Assembly: GCF_004010195.1 (NCBI RefSeq)
Contig: NC_057755.1
Span: 9,950,891-10,013,624 of the forward strand
DNA length: 62,734 bases
Reading direction: 5' to 3'
Source of the DNA: Chiloscyllium plagiosum
Taxonomy: Eukaryota
Positions 13,060 through 24,577 of the stretch are shown in pieces. Position 1 is the stretch's first letter, and every line of letters begins with the position of its first letter. Both the position numbers and the translations under genes were made by a program. The notes beneath the pieces were generated by a model that made no database searches, had not been told where the DNA came from, and worked only from the letters and a program-made list of their open reading frames with translations.

Positions 13060-13650
13060 TCTATTCATTTCTGTAATTTAGGTGTTGTTGCCTGAGCCAG
13101 CAATTAGTGTTTGTGCCTAATTGCCCTTGAGAAGGTGATGACTAGCTACTTCATGAAACACTGCAGTCAAACTGGTGTAGGTGGGCCACGATGCTTTTAT
13201 GGACAGTGTTCCTGGAATTTGATGCAGTATCTCTGAAGGAGCCATATATTTTTAAGTCGGAATTGTGGGTGGCGTGAAGGAGAAATTACAAGATGGTGGC
13301 GATCCCACACGTTGTCTCCCAATTTCATTCATGATAGAAATGATTACAGTTTTGCAGAAAAAACTTCGAAGTCTCTTTTGCTGAATTTCTGCAATGAATC
13401 TTGTAGATCTGGGTCAGTGTTCGAGGGAATGGATCTTTGTAGATGTTCTGCCAATAACGCAAGCAGGTTTGTCTTGAATGGAGTCAAACAACTGGAATGC
13501 TGCATCCTATTCCTGACGTTTGCCTTCCACATAATGGAAAGGGCTTGGCGATTCAGGAGGTGAGTTACTCGCTGCAAGACTATTAGCGTCTGATACCCTT
13601 TTGCAGCCACCGCAATAATGTTGCGAGTACACTTGGATTTTTGTTCAATA
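13060..13650 (-). mobile_element. LINE ORF2 C-terminal remnant (L2/CR1 group), duplicated at ~40575-41215
   Basis: LQRVTHLLNRQALSIMWKANVRNRMQHSS resembles a LINE RT C-terminus. A collinear copy is present in unit 2. Confidence 0.6.
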
Positions 13651-14992
13651 GTAGTTGCACTGATTATGTGATACTTTCAAAGTAAATGAATGCGGAAGTT
13701 AATCTGGAAGCAAATCGAAGAAGGACACCATCTTATCTCATGTAGGATGCTGCGAATTAGCAAAAAGCATGACAAAAGAATGCTATTTGCTGGATGACTT
13801 TGGTCGTTGCATGCGTATGAGAATGCATCTGAACATGACTGTGTTTCTGTGTGCAGGTGTTTACGTATCTGTGTGTCTATGTATATTCGTGGTTATATTT
13901 TAGTGTGAATACGTGTGCGTGTCAGTTTGTTTGAATGCTTGTGTTTGAACGTCAGAGTGTGCGTGAGAACGTGTGTGCACACATGAGTCCACACGTTTAT
14001 GTGTGTCTGTGTTTTTGAGTAACTGTGTTTTTGAGTGTTTGTGTGTGAGCATACGAATGCTTGTGAATGTATGAGAGTGTGCGTGTTTGGGTTAGAAGGT
14101 TGGAGCTGCTTCCGAAAAACATAATCTCAAAAGGAATGAAATGACCATATGCTGGGTAGATTCTAGTGACTACCTGTCATTTTAAGTGCTGTCGTTTATC
14201 TGTATTGTTGTGAAATTTCAAGCACAAAGAGATTGTGGCCTACTTGGTCCTCACTCACTTACCAATGGATGTCATATTATAACATTGTCTTGAAGATCGC
14301 ATGTTTCTGTAGGATCTGATGAAGCCGATGGTCCTTTTGTGGGTAAGATTCCCGTGAGGCTTTTCTTGTACCTCATTGAAAAGGTCACAGACTGTGATGG
14401 AAATAAGCCTTTCTCAATCTCTGCCTTAGACCCTCCCACAGGAAGATTTATTCATCCTGCCCCAACTACTTACATGCTTCAATCAAGTCGCTTCTTACTC
14501 TTCTAAACTCCGCGAGCTCAGTCTGACCATCCTTTCGTCATACAATCTTTGTGCCAGGGATTATTCGTCTAAACATTTTCTGAGCTGTTTCATTACAGTT
14601 ACATCTTTCTTTAAATATTGAGACTAATGCTATGCTTACGACTCCAGATTTTTTTTCAAACATGCATTGAATACGTGATGCTTTACACACTGTCTGTGTA
14701 TTTAACCCACATCGAAGGAAATGGTGACAGTTTATTAGTTTTGCTGATTACTTGCTATGCCTGCATTCCCATTATCTCTGATTCATGCACAACGACACCT
14801 GCGAACCAGAGCTAGGAAATCTATCACCATTTAAATATTGCGGTTCTTTTTGGCAACTTGAATTTGGGATGTGGAAAAAAAACTGCTCTGCAGAAATGAG
14901 GATGCATCGAATACTGCTGTGTAATATGAAGGACACATCAACCAATGTTTGTAATGTGGAGGAAACATAAACCATTGCTCTCTAATATGGAC

Positions 14993-17731
14993 TATTTATG
15001 GAATGGCCGCAAAAACGCCGGTGACCCGTCACCAAGTCAACTTTTACTTAAGAGTACACAGCTCACAAACGCTGACAAGGCAGCTAAATTCCAGTCAAGA
15101 GAGGGAGGCAATCCTCTGAATTTCCTGTTCACATCTGTCAGCCAGGGCTGGCAACCCCAATCAAGACTGTCATAGTCAGTATTATCCACTTGGTACTCAC
15201 ACACAACCCCTCCCCCTCATGCCATGTTTTCTCTCTTGTAGCTTTTTTCTAGGACGTAATTGTCCATGCCTGCGTCCGCCGACTGTGTTCCAGTATAGGC
15301 AGTTTTGCCCATCTCCTACAGCCAAAACATCTTTGGAGAGTTGGCTCAACTTCCTCAGGCAGTATTGACGTTGCATCCATCGTGGACCCATGCTTTCTTT
15401 GACATGAGATGCACAGGGATAACCCACGGTTTCTGTCAGCCCTTCTGGCTTATCTAAGGGGCCAGGTATATTTGGTCCTGTGCTGTATATGAGATAGCAG
15501 CTTTCGCCTGATTCATAAGTTTGCGCAGGACCACCTCACCAAAGTGATATTTTCATGTTACAGACCATATCACGCCTCATTCCCATACAGGTCCATTTCC
15601 GTTGTTTAGAAACCAGCTTTCGTCCCCTGATGTAAACTTTTCTCTCTGAAGTTCGAATATGGTCGGCATTGGCATTCCTGGTGCCGTTTCACCCTCTCTG
15701 TAAAGTCCTGGAATTTCAGTTTTAATCTGGAGCAAAGCCATTTTCCCATCAGCAACTCTGCTGGAGCTATCCCTCTACTGAAGAGTAGCCCTGAAATGAA
15801 ACAGGACCATGGACATCTTGGTATCGAGTGAAGTTATTGGCTATTCCTTTAAGAGTAACTTCCACATTTAAGTTTCTCTTTCTGGCAGACTATTGGACAA
15901 TGAATGGTTTGGAGCTGTCCCCCAACCATCTGAATGGAATTCGAATTTAGGAAATAATCGAAATCACTGCCGATAAACGATTCCTAATTTTCTATAACCA
16001 ATAATACCCGGAGTGCATTTATCGCAAACGTTGCTTCCAGAATTTCAATTTGCATTCCTGACATTGCTGAGTGAACTGTATGCACATCCAAACCACTTTG
16101 AATGGACATCCACAATCAACAACTGAGCTCCACAAAATGCTCACGAAAGTGAACCGGGCTGTCAGGCTTCACTTTCGGCATTACCATTGCTGAAAATTTC
16201 GCAAACTGCATTGGTTTGAAGATCTCTTTGCTTTCCAGCCTTCTGGTTTCTACCTGTATTGTTGCCAGACAAATGGAACCGAGCAGGCCTTGGAGAAACA
16301 TGGAATTGCTCCCTCGTCAATGTACAATGTCGCCATGGCTCCTTTGATCTTCTCTCGTCCTTCCTGAAATTCTTCTGCATATTTAATAAAGACTTCACTC
16401 GGGCGTCCATTTTCTAATCGAAAAAACATTGAGACAATCAAAGTGAATCTTTCACAAATAGTTCTTCTCTCACAAGTTTGGGTTAGAGCCTTTTACTGCA
16501 GTCACTGGCAACTGCATCGACATTTTCTCAGAGGACAACAGAATCAAAGTTCTACCCTCAATCTGTCATATTTCCCTGGAGTATGTTCTCAATATCTCTC
16601 CTGTGCAAACGTAAGAGTTGAAGTCCAGAGAGAATCTTGTTAAAGATTGCTTCTGCCACCACTGACACAGCTGTGCTGGTATTGGCCCCCTTGAGAACTG
16701 GACGACCATTTAACCAGACATTTAGTCTAATTGCTTCTGATTTGAATTAGGTCATTCTCAGGCACATATCAATGGACTTTCCAGGGTGCGCACTCTCCTT
16801 GATACCAGCCTATGAGTTCCCTTAAAAACGTTAGGCCTTGTAGGACTCATTTGCTTCCTCGAGTCTGCATACCAGCAGCAACTTGAATGGCTTGTTGGCC
16901 CAGATCCAGTGGAAAAAAAAATAATCACTTGGCCAAGGCTTGATTGTGTTGTGGGGTTTTGTTGTTGTCTGGCCGAGAGTCGCTCTCCTCAGGATACGGT
17001 GGCATGAACCTCTGTGATTGACAACACTCACGTGATATTCTTCAATATTTTTCAGAGAGTTGAGAGTGTCCACTTCCATTATGATACCCGGTAGCTCCCA
17101 TGCTCCACTTGCCACATTTTCTAATGACAAATTCAGATATGGTACCTGTTTGAATTTCTGTCGGTCTTCAGTAAGTCGGTGCATTTGCATGGTTATATCA
17201 TTAATCCTCAATGCCAAACAACCTCTGAGCATATCATGCAGGATTAACCCAGAGTAACATGGTGTAAAAACAATGACTGCAGATGTTGGAAACCAGATTC
17301 TGGATTAGTGGTACTGGAAGAGCACAGCACTTCAGGCAGCATCCGAGGAGCAGTAAAATCGACGCTTCGGGCAAAAGCCCTACATCCGGAATCACATGCT
17401 TCGGCCAGTGGACATAACCTCGTCGAAAATCTCAACATGGATCTCCCCTTTTCAGGCGAATAGAAAGAATGGGGTCTGAGATTAAAGTAGACTTGGGATC
17501 GTAATATGTTTCCTCACTAAATTCGTCCCATCTTGAAAGGTTTCAGCGTCTGTTGTCTCTGGGAATGTTCGGCATCTAGTATCGAAAAATGGTATGGACC
17601 TGAAAACACTCAGAAAAATGTGTTGATTCAGTTCATCTGCTCCAGTGCTGTTTGCTGAGAAGAAATATCGATTGTTTTCCACACGTGGGACCGGACTTCG
17701 ATGGTAAAATCGAATGAATCAAGCTTCCCAC
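14993..17731 (-). mobile_element. Gypsy/Ty3 element copy 2, truncated at its 5' end
   Basis: Collinear with 1-2495, including the same RT-to-integrase deletion junction (16105-16165 vs 1030-1080). 3' LTR at ~14993-15205. Confidence 0.85.
17258..17382 (-). mobile_element. Penelope pLTR fragment inserted in the gag of Gypsy copy 2
   Basis: Close reverse-complement match to 26575-26692. Absent at the paralogous site ~2160. Confidence 0.85.
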
Positions 17732-18250
17732 TCTTATGGACTAGGCCAGACCACTCAAAACATTCTTGAGCAGGCAAGCCAGACCGTAACTTTGCAACTT
17801 ACTTCCGTAAGTGTACGGTGAAACTTACCCGGAGTAAGCTTGCTTGGTTGACTGACAGATTTAAAATAGACGGAAAAGAAATCACAAAATTACACAATGA
17901 AACGCTAAGAACAGAATAAAGAACCCCTTCTGAACTCAGACTATCCAAAATTGGATTTAATTATGCTGTTCCGAATATACACAACAGTCTAAGTACGCAA
18001 ACCCTATTAAAACAGAGTAAGATAAAGAACAGATGCTTAAAGGTTTAAAGTAAAATGAGAGACAGAGAGAGAGCCTGTTTTAAAAGAGCTCGCTGTTGAA
18101 CTCCCAGCTATGTCTGGTCTGAACTGAAGTGCGAGATAATTGCCCACTCCCCTTTCATTATACGGGTTACTTCTAAATCATGACCACTTTGGCCTGAAGT
18201 CACGTCTGTTTACATATAAACAAAAAAAAAAGCCTCTCAAAACTCATTAA
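17732..18250 (-). mobile_element. LTR fragment of a Gmr1-like family, inverted relative to the LTR at 20546-21140
   Basis: The reverse complement of 20640-21140 aligns along its length, e.g. aggccagaccactcaaaacattctt vs aagaatgttttgatttgtctggcct and gaccactttggcctgaagtc vs gacttcaggccaaagtggtc. Confidence 0.8.
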
Positions 18251-18455
18251 TAGCATGGCCAATTCACCTAACCTGCGCATTCTTGCGACTGTGGGAGGAA
18301 ACCGGAGCAAACCCACGCAGACACAGGGAGAATGTTCAAACTCCACACAGACAGTCGCCTGAGGCGGGAAATGAACCTGGCTCCCTGGCGCTGTGAGGCA
18401 GCAGTGCTAACCACTGTGCCACAGCAGTGCTAACCACTGTGCCAACATGCCGCCC
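18250..18455 (-). mobile_element. V-SINE (HE1-like), partial
   Basis: Similar to 57085-57276, with an internal 23-bp tandem duplication. Confidence 0.88.
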
Positions 18456-21140
18456 ATGAAGATCGTGTGGTCACAAGATCACAAAGGTGCAAGTTGAAGT
18501 ATGAAAGATAAAAATCCACAGAAAAGGAAGCGGACTTAGCTTTATCTTAGAATTTTGTTTTGATCGGATAAGTCGCACAGAGCAGGAGGAAACACATAAA
18601 AGTGCAAATATCTTTAGCTCTGCTATGCTTCCTTAGTTACAGCAGAAAGATGGGAACTTAAAACAGTTATATCAAAAGGCATATACACAGAAGGACAGTG
18701 AATACCTTCCTGGGTATTACTATTGAATAAGTGATGCCTTAATGAGGAAATGGAGACCTTTACACGTTCAAGCAAATGAGAAATGAGTGGAGATTCATCA
18801 AACTGTTTTGTCAGTAGGGTATACAAAGGGGATGTTACGAGTCACGCATGAGCTACTACTTGGAGTTAATTTTGGAATGAAGAAAACACAGACTAAATTC
18901 CAAAGAGATTTTTACTGACCTAGACTACACAAGGATGTAGTTGAATTTTGCCAGAAATTTCACACATGTCAGCTAATCGGAAAACCACAGGCAGTAATGA
19001 AACCTGCACCTTTAATACCTATTCCTGCATTTGATGAACCTTTTACAAGGGTCTTGTAAAGTAGCGTAGGTCCCATACCGCAAACAAAAATGGGATTAAG
19101 TATTTATTAATAATAATGAATGTGTCGACTACATTTCCAGGGGCAATTCTATTATGCATCGTCACAGCTAAAGATGCTGTAGCAGAATTACTTAATTATT
19201 TTTACCAGATACGGACTGCCAGCAGCGATCCAGTCAGAGCACGGATCAAACTTCACATCCAAACTATTCAAGGATGCTTTGAATGACTTGGGAACAAGGC
19301 AATTCAAATCTACTGCGTACCATCCGGAATTGCAGTAAACGTTAGAGGGATGGCAGCACACACTCATGAACATGTTGATGGCTTGGGGTCAGGAGTATTC
19401 AGATGATTGTGGTAAGAGCGTTCTGTTTGTACTTTATGCCTTCAGAAATGCACCAAACGAATTGACCAAATTCAATCCATTTGAAATTCTATTTGGGAAA
19501 GTAATAAGAGGACTGTTAAAATTGATTCAGGAGAATTAGTAAGTCAGAATTCAGACACCACCTGTTTGGACTATGTGCCAGATTTTATGGAACGATTATA
19601 CAGAGCTAGAGAAATGGCCAAACACCATTTATCAGACTTATTTGATCGACTTCAGAAGGCAAGCTTGGTGGTAAATATTCTAAAAGTAAATTTGCCAAAG
19701 CCCAAGTCACCTGTTATTGGACATGGGGAAATGGCCTCACAGATTGCAAAAATGAAAATAATTGAGAATGTTCCACATCGACGACGAACAAGTAGTACTA
19801 CAGTTTCCGAGATTGAGTGGATTTTACCGGAATTATGTGCTGAACTTTAGCAGTGTGGCTGCTCCACTCTCCGAATTGTCAAAAAAGGGCAAGATTTTTA
19901 AGTGGGCAACGGACTGTTAAAAAGCATTTGACAGACCAAAAAAAAAAAGCGGTGTCACCTATTGCCCCAGAATCAGCCACACTGGATTACATGAAGCCTT
20001 TTTTTAGAGGGCTATCGATGTCAGTGATGTGGGTGTCAATGTGGTGGTCCTGCAGGAAGATGTCAAGTGATTAGAAAGACGCATCAGGTATTCTTCCAGG
20101 AAGTTAAACTTTCATCAACAGAAATATTCAATAGTGGGGAAAGAGACTTTAAGGTTGGTGTTAGCCTTCCAACATTTCAGTGTTTCTATCATCAGCAATG
20201 CACCTGAGACAATTGTATATACTGATCATAACCCATTGACATTTCTGGAAAATTTAAGGTCAAAACTGCCAGACTGGTCAGATGGAATTTGTTGTTGCAG
20301 CCATGCAATTTGACAATTGTGCATGTGGCAGGTCGTGAAAACATGATTGCTGATGCGTTATTGAGGCTCGAATGAGATACGGGTGTGTTGCGTGACGAGT
20401 GTCCCGCGGCCTGAATTTGCATGTTTGAATGTTTATAGTTAGTATAGTGCACATGCATGATTAGATTACTAACCAACTTTTTGAAAGATTTTAAAAATGA
20501 GGCCATCTTTTGGTAGTGATGGTTCATGTTTGAAAGGAGGAGGGTGTCTCAAGGATAGTATGCTCTTTGTTTACAGAATGGTAATAAACAGGTCTCGCTG
20601 CAGATTACACTGTTTAAGCAGAGCTTAAAGTGGATTGCGAGACCTTTTTGTTTATATGTTAAGAGGCGAGACTTCAGGCCAAAGTGGTCATGTTTTAGAA
20701 GTGACCTGTATAATGAAAGGGGTGTGGTCAGCTCTCTACCTGAGCAGTTTAGTCCAGTCCAGAACGAGTTGTGAGTTCAACCGTGAGCTGTGTAGATGTT
20801 GTCTGTCTCCTTCTGCTCTTCTAACTTAAACCTGTAAGCATCTGTTCCATTTTTAAACTGTGCTTCAAGAGGGTTTGTGTTTTGAGACGTTTGTGTATAT
20901 TTGGAACAATATCATTAGTCTAGTTTGGATTAACTGACTTCAGTAGCGGTTCTTTATTCTGTTGTTGTGTTTCATTGTACAATCTTGCCAATAAACTTCT
21001 GTCTCTTTTGAATCCAGTTAGTCAAACTAGCTACCTCACTACGGTTAATTTTCACTGCACATGTACTGAAACATAATGCATAGGAATGGGCTAGGCTGTC
21101 TGCTTAAGAATGTTTTGATTTGTCTGGCCTATTCCACGAC
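18456..21140 (+). mobile_element. Gmr1-like Gypsy LTR retrotransposon remnant (integrase, then RT fragment, then RNase H, PPT, 3' LTR)
   Basis: Integrase zinc-binding region and core (HKDVVEFCQKFHTCQLIGKP; IQSEHGSNFTS) at 18830-19600 lie upstream of RT/RNase H (YSSRKLN...YTDHNPL...NMIADAL) at 19610-20370. Polypurine tract aaaggaggaggg precedes TGT at 20546; the LTR ends in ...gaca at 21140. Confidence 0.85.
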
Positions 21141-22122
21141 ACATGAGTTCGCAACTCCTAATACATGGAATGCAGAAGTTAATGGAACAGCCAGCATTTG
21201 TTGTCAAATACCTGCCATGTAGAATCAGACCATCCAGTGTATACCAAATTTCCAAGTAGTACTCATCTCAGACTCTTCTCTGTGTAGCACTGAAATTCCC
21301 ATGGCAGATCCACCTCACCTGAATACCGTCGGACTGTGGAAGGAAGCCAGAATAACCAGAAGAGACACATGCTGACACAGGGACGTGTGGAAACACCACA
21401 CAGACAGGCATTCAAGGGTGGAATCGAACCCAGGTTTCGGGAACCTTGAGGCTGCAGTGTTAACCACTGAGCCACTATGCCTCCCTTGTCCATTCCTAAT
21501 TGCTCAGAGGGCAGTTAAGTGTCAACAACATCACTGTGCATCTGAAGCTACATACAGGAGGCAAAATGACTATATCAAGGAGGAACAGAAGCAAACTGTT
21601 TGATCCCATTCAATGGTGATCAAGGCTGAACGGATACTCCTCACATCCACTTTCCTGATCCTTCCTCACACCTCTTGATTCCCTGACTGATTAACAATCT
21701 ATCCCTCTCAGCACTATACGTGGAAATTAGTCTATTCCAACAGATCTCAGCGTGAATGCATTTCAAACGTTCTCTCACTCTTAAACTGATATCATTTTAT
21801 TTTGGCTCGATGGCCTCACATTCTAAAGGCTCCAAGACTTTCCAATGAGGAGAAACTTCCTGTCAGCTTTTAACCTATTAACGGTTTAAGAGTACTGTAT
21901 ATTTCAAATAGATCACCTCTAACTCTTCTAAACTGCAGTTAATCGTGTCCCATTCCGTTTACCTATTGCTCAAATGAGAATTCCTCCCATATCAGTGAAC
22001 TTTCTCTGAAATGACTCTAATGAAATAATATATTTAATTATGGGTACAAAACTGCTCTCAGTGCTGCAGATGTGCTTTTACCATGACTTTGTACCGCTCA
22101 GTAAGATTTTCCTACTCCATAC

Positions 22123-22840
22123 TGTTCTGACACGGGGTAAAATATCCTGCCTAATTTAAAACCAGCAACACAAAATGTTACACATCATATTTCCGTGCGT
22201 TAATCTTCAAAATTCGAGTGGCCAAGAACTATTTAAAATAAAAATTAATAACTTTATTTCTTTACGTATATAAAAATTAACATACAACTATGTACAAGTT
22301 CTTATTCTAACCTATCTTTTACATTCCCTTCTACAATACTAGCCCGATAAAACTCTCAATGAAGATTTACAAAACAACACTTCTTATCTCAAAACCAGGC
22401 AGCTTTCAATTTTTTTTTCTATTTGGATTTTCTTGTGTCTTCTTTTCTTCTTCTTAGGGAATCTGCTTCACAGGTTACTGATCGAAAAAGGTACATTTAA
22501 GAGAGTATTTTTTTTCAGACAGTCTTTTACCTGCTGGGATTGGCTTTTCTCCTCCCAACCGTTCAATTTTCCCTTGGTCTTTCAACCCAGAGCATCGGAT
22601 TGTGTCACTGGCTTTTAAGATTGTCAATATATTCACTCAAACATAATTGAAAATTGATGATTTTCGCGGAACAATTTAAACTGAATAGCTTAATTCGGAT
22701 TTTGTTTGACGTTTCCAGGCAACCAGCTACTCCCGTAGCTGGCGCACATGTCAAGTTGTATCTTATTGAGAACACTTGGTGCTATCATTGCTCGCTTTTA
22801 ACTCTTTTAAAAGGTCTACTTCACCCACGTCTTTTTAACA
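22123..22840. mobile_element. Solo LTR with 4-bp target-site duplication
   Basis: TG...CA ends (tgttctg...tttaaca) and flanks atac/aaac. Absent from the paralogous site at ~6312. Confidence 0.75.
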
Positions 22841-22877
22841 AAACTTGTGTCGGCTGAACGAAGTAAAGACAGCAAAT

Positions 22878-23380
22878 GCATTGAAAGGGTTCAAAAAAGA
22901 TTTACAAAAATGTTTCCAGGGTTGGAGAATTTGAGTTATCGGGAGAGGTTGACTGGTTGGGGCTTATTTTCTCTAGAGATTGGACGCTGGGGTGTGACCT
23001 TGTAGAGGTTTACGAAATCGTGACAGGCATGGATAAGATAAATAGACAAAGTCTTTTCTCTGAGGTTCGGGTGTCCAGAACTAGAGGGCATAGGTTTATG
23101 GTGAGAGAGGAAAGATTATAAAATTGACCTAAGGGGATAACTTTTTCGCACAGATGGTGGCACGTGTATGGATTGAGATGACAGAGGAATTGATGAAGGC
23201 TAGTACAATTGCACAATTTAAAAGGCATCTGGATGGGCATTTGAATAGGAAGATTGTGGACGAATGTGGGCCAGGTGCTGGCAAGTGAGACAAGATTATG
23301 TTGGGATATCTGGTCGGCATGGACAAGTTGGACCCAATGGTCTGTTTACGTCCCGTGCATCACTATGATTCTATAACTCT
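22878..23380 (+). mobile_element. CR1 3'-end fragment
   Basis: LERVQKRFTKMFPGLE-type ORF2 end plus tail atgattctataactctat. Absent from the paralogous site ~6350. Confidence 0.85.
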
Positions 23381-24577
23381 ATTAGCAAACCAGATGCTTT
23401 TTTTTTACAGCCACTGACAATGGGTCCATGGTCTCTGCGAAACTAGCTTCTCATTCACTGCCTGCCATTGTGAGATTTGAAACCCTGGCCCAAACCCGCC
23501 TGAGAGTCTGGATTATTCATCCAGTCACCTCATCACCACACCATTGCCTCCAATTTGACTGATCTTTTTCGAGTATTTCAACCTATCCCCTTATTCCGCT
23601 TCGCTGAGGGTGCGGATTACAGAGATCTGGAGTGCTGCAGTCAAAATGAATGTGAGGAAAAGCTTAACATTTTTCTCTGATTCTTGCAATTGAAATGAAC
23701 ATGAAAAGCTCACACTCAAACCCAAACTGAGAAATATATTGGTTTGTATTCACTTGCACCACTTCAAACATTAAGCTCAGAATCTCTGAAAACTAAAGAA
23801 AAATATATCCTTTTCAACTGAACAGTGGATTTTCACGTTAACACAAACATTTAAAGCTACCAGTGGCTTTATTTCCATTGCATTGACTTCCGAAATAAGC
23901 TGATAATGTACCTTATGCGAAGCTGCAGACAATGTCTAACATTTACCTGTGCCTCATTTGCTAAAATCAAGTGAACATTGTATTATTTTACTTGGTAGAT
24001 TCAAGAAGGTAATGAAACACGCTCTCGACCTTGTGGGACCCAAAGCCAGATCTTCTAGCCTCAGAGATGAGGAGGCTACCGCTCTGCCACTACAGCCCCA
24101 AGCAAGGTGAAGGATTTCTGATTAAATGAACTTTGAAAGTTAGTTCACACATCGTCATTATTCACTGTTAATTGTTTAATGCTACAGCACAACTACCAGG
24201 CAAGAACTGATGACCTGTCATACAATGATGTCAGGAATTGGCATATTGTTGATGCTTTGATTTTGATAGTTTTGTGAGTTCTTTTAACTGATTAATCTTC
24301 TTTTTCGTGAGTTTTCTGGAACGCTGACCGCTTCTCTCTTCTCGTTACATTCTTTAGGATCAGGCACAAAACAATAATACGGAATCCCTCTCTCTTCGTC
24401 TGACTCATTGATCACATCTTCATTGTCCAGTTCCAAATTACTCCTGAATACCCTGTTCTTGTTTTATTTTTGTAACTTTCTTGGTGTGGATGTTGACACA
24501 CATCACGAGATTCTTTCTTCGCCCCTTTTTTGGTGCATTTTCAAAGGTTTTCTGCAAACATTGTGTTGTCCCTCAGT

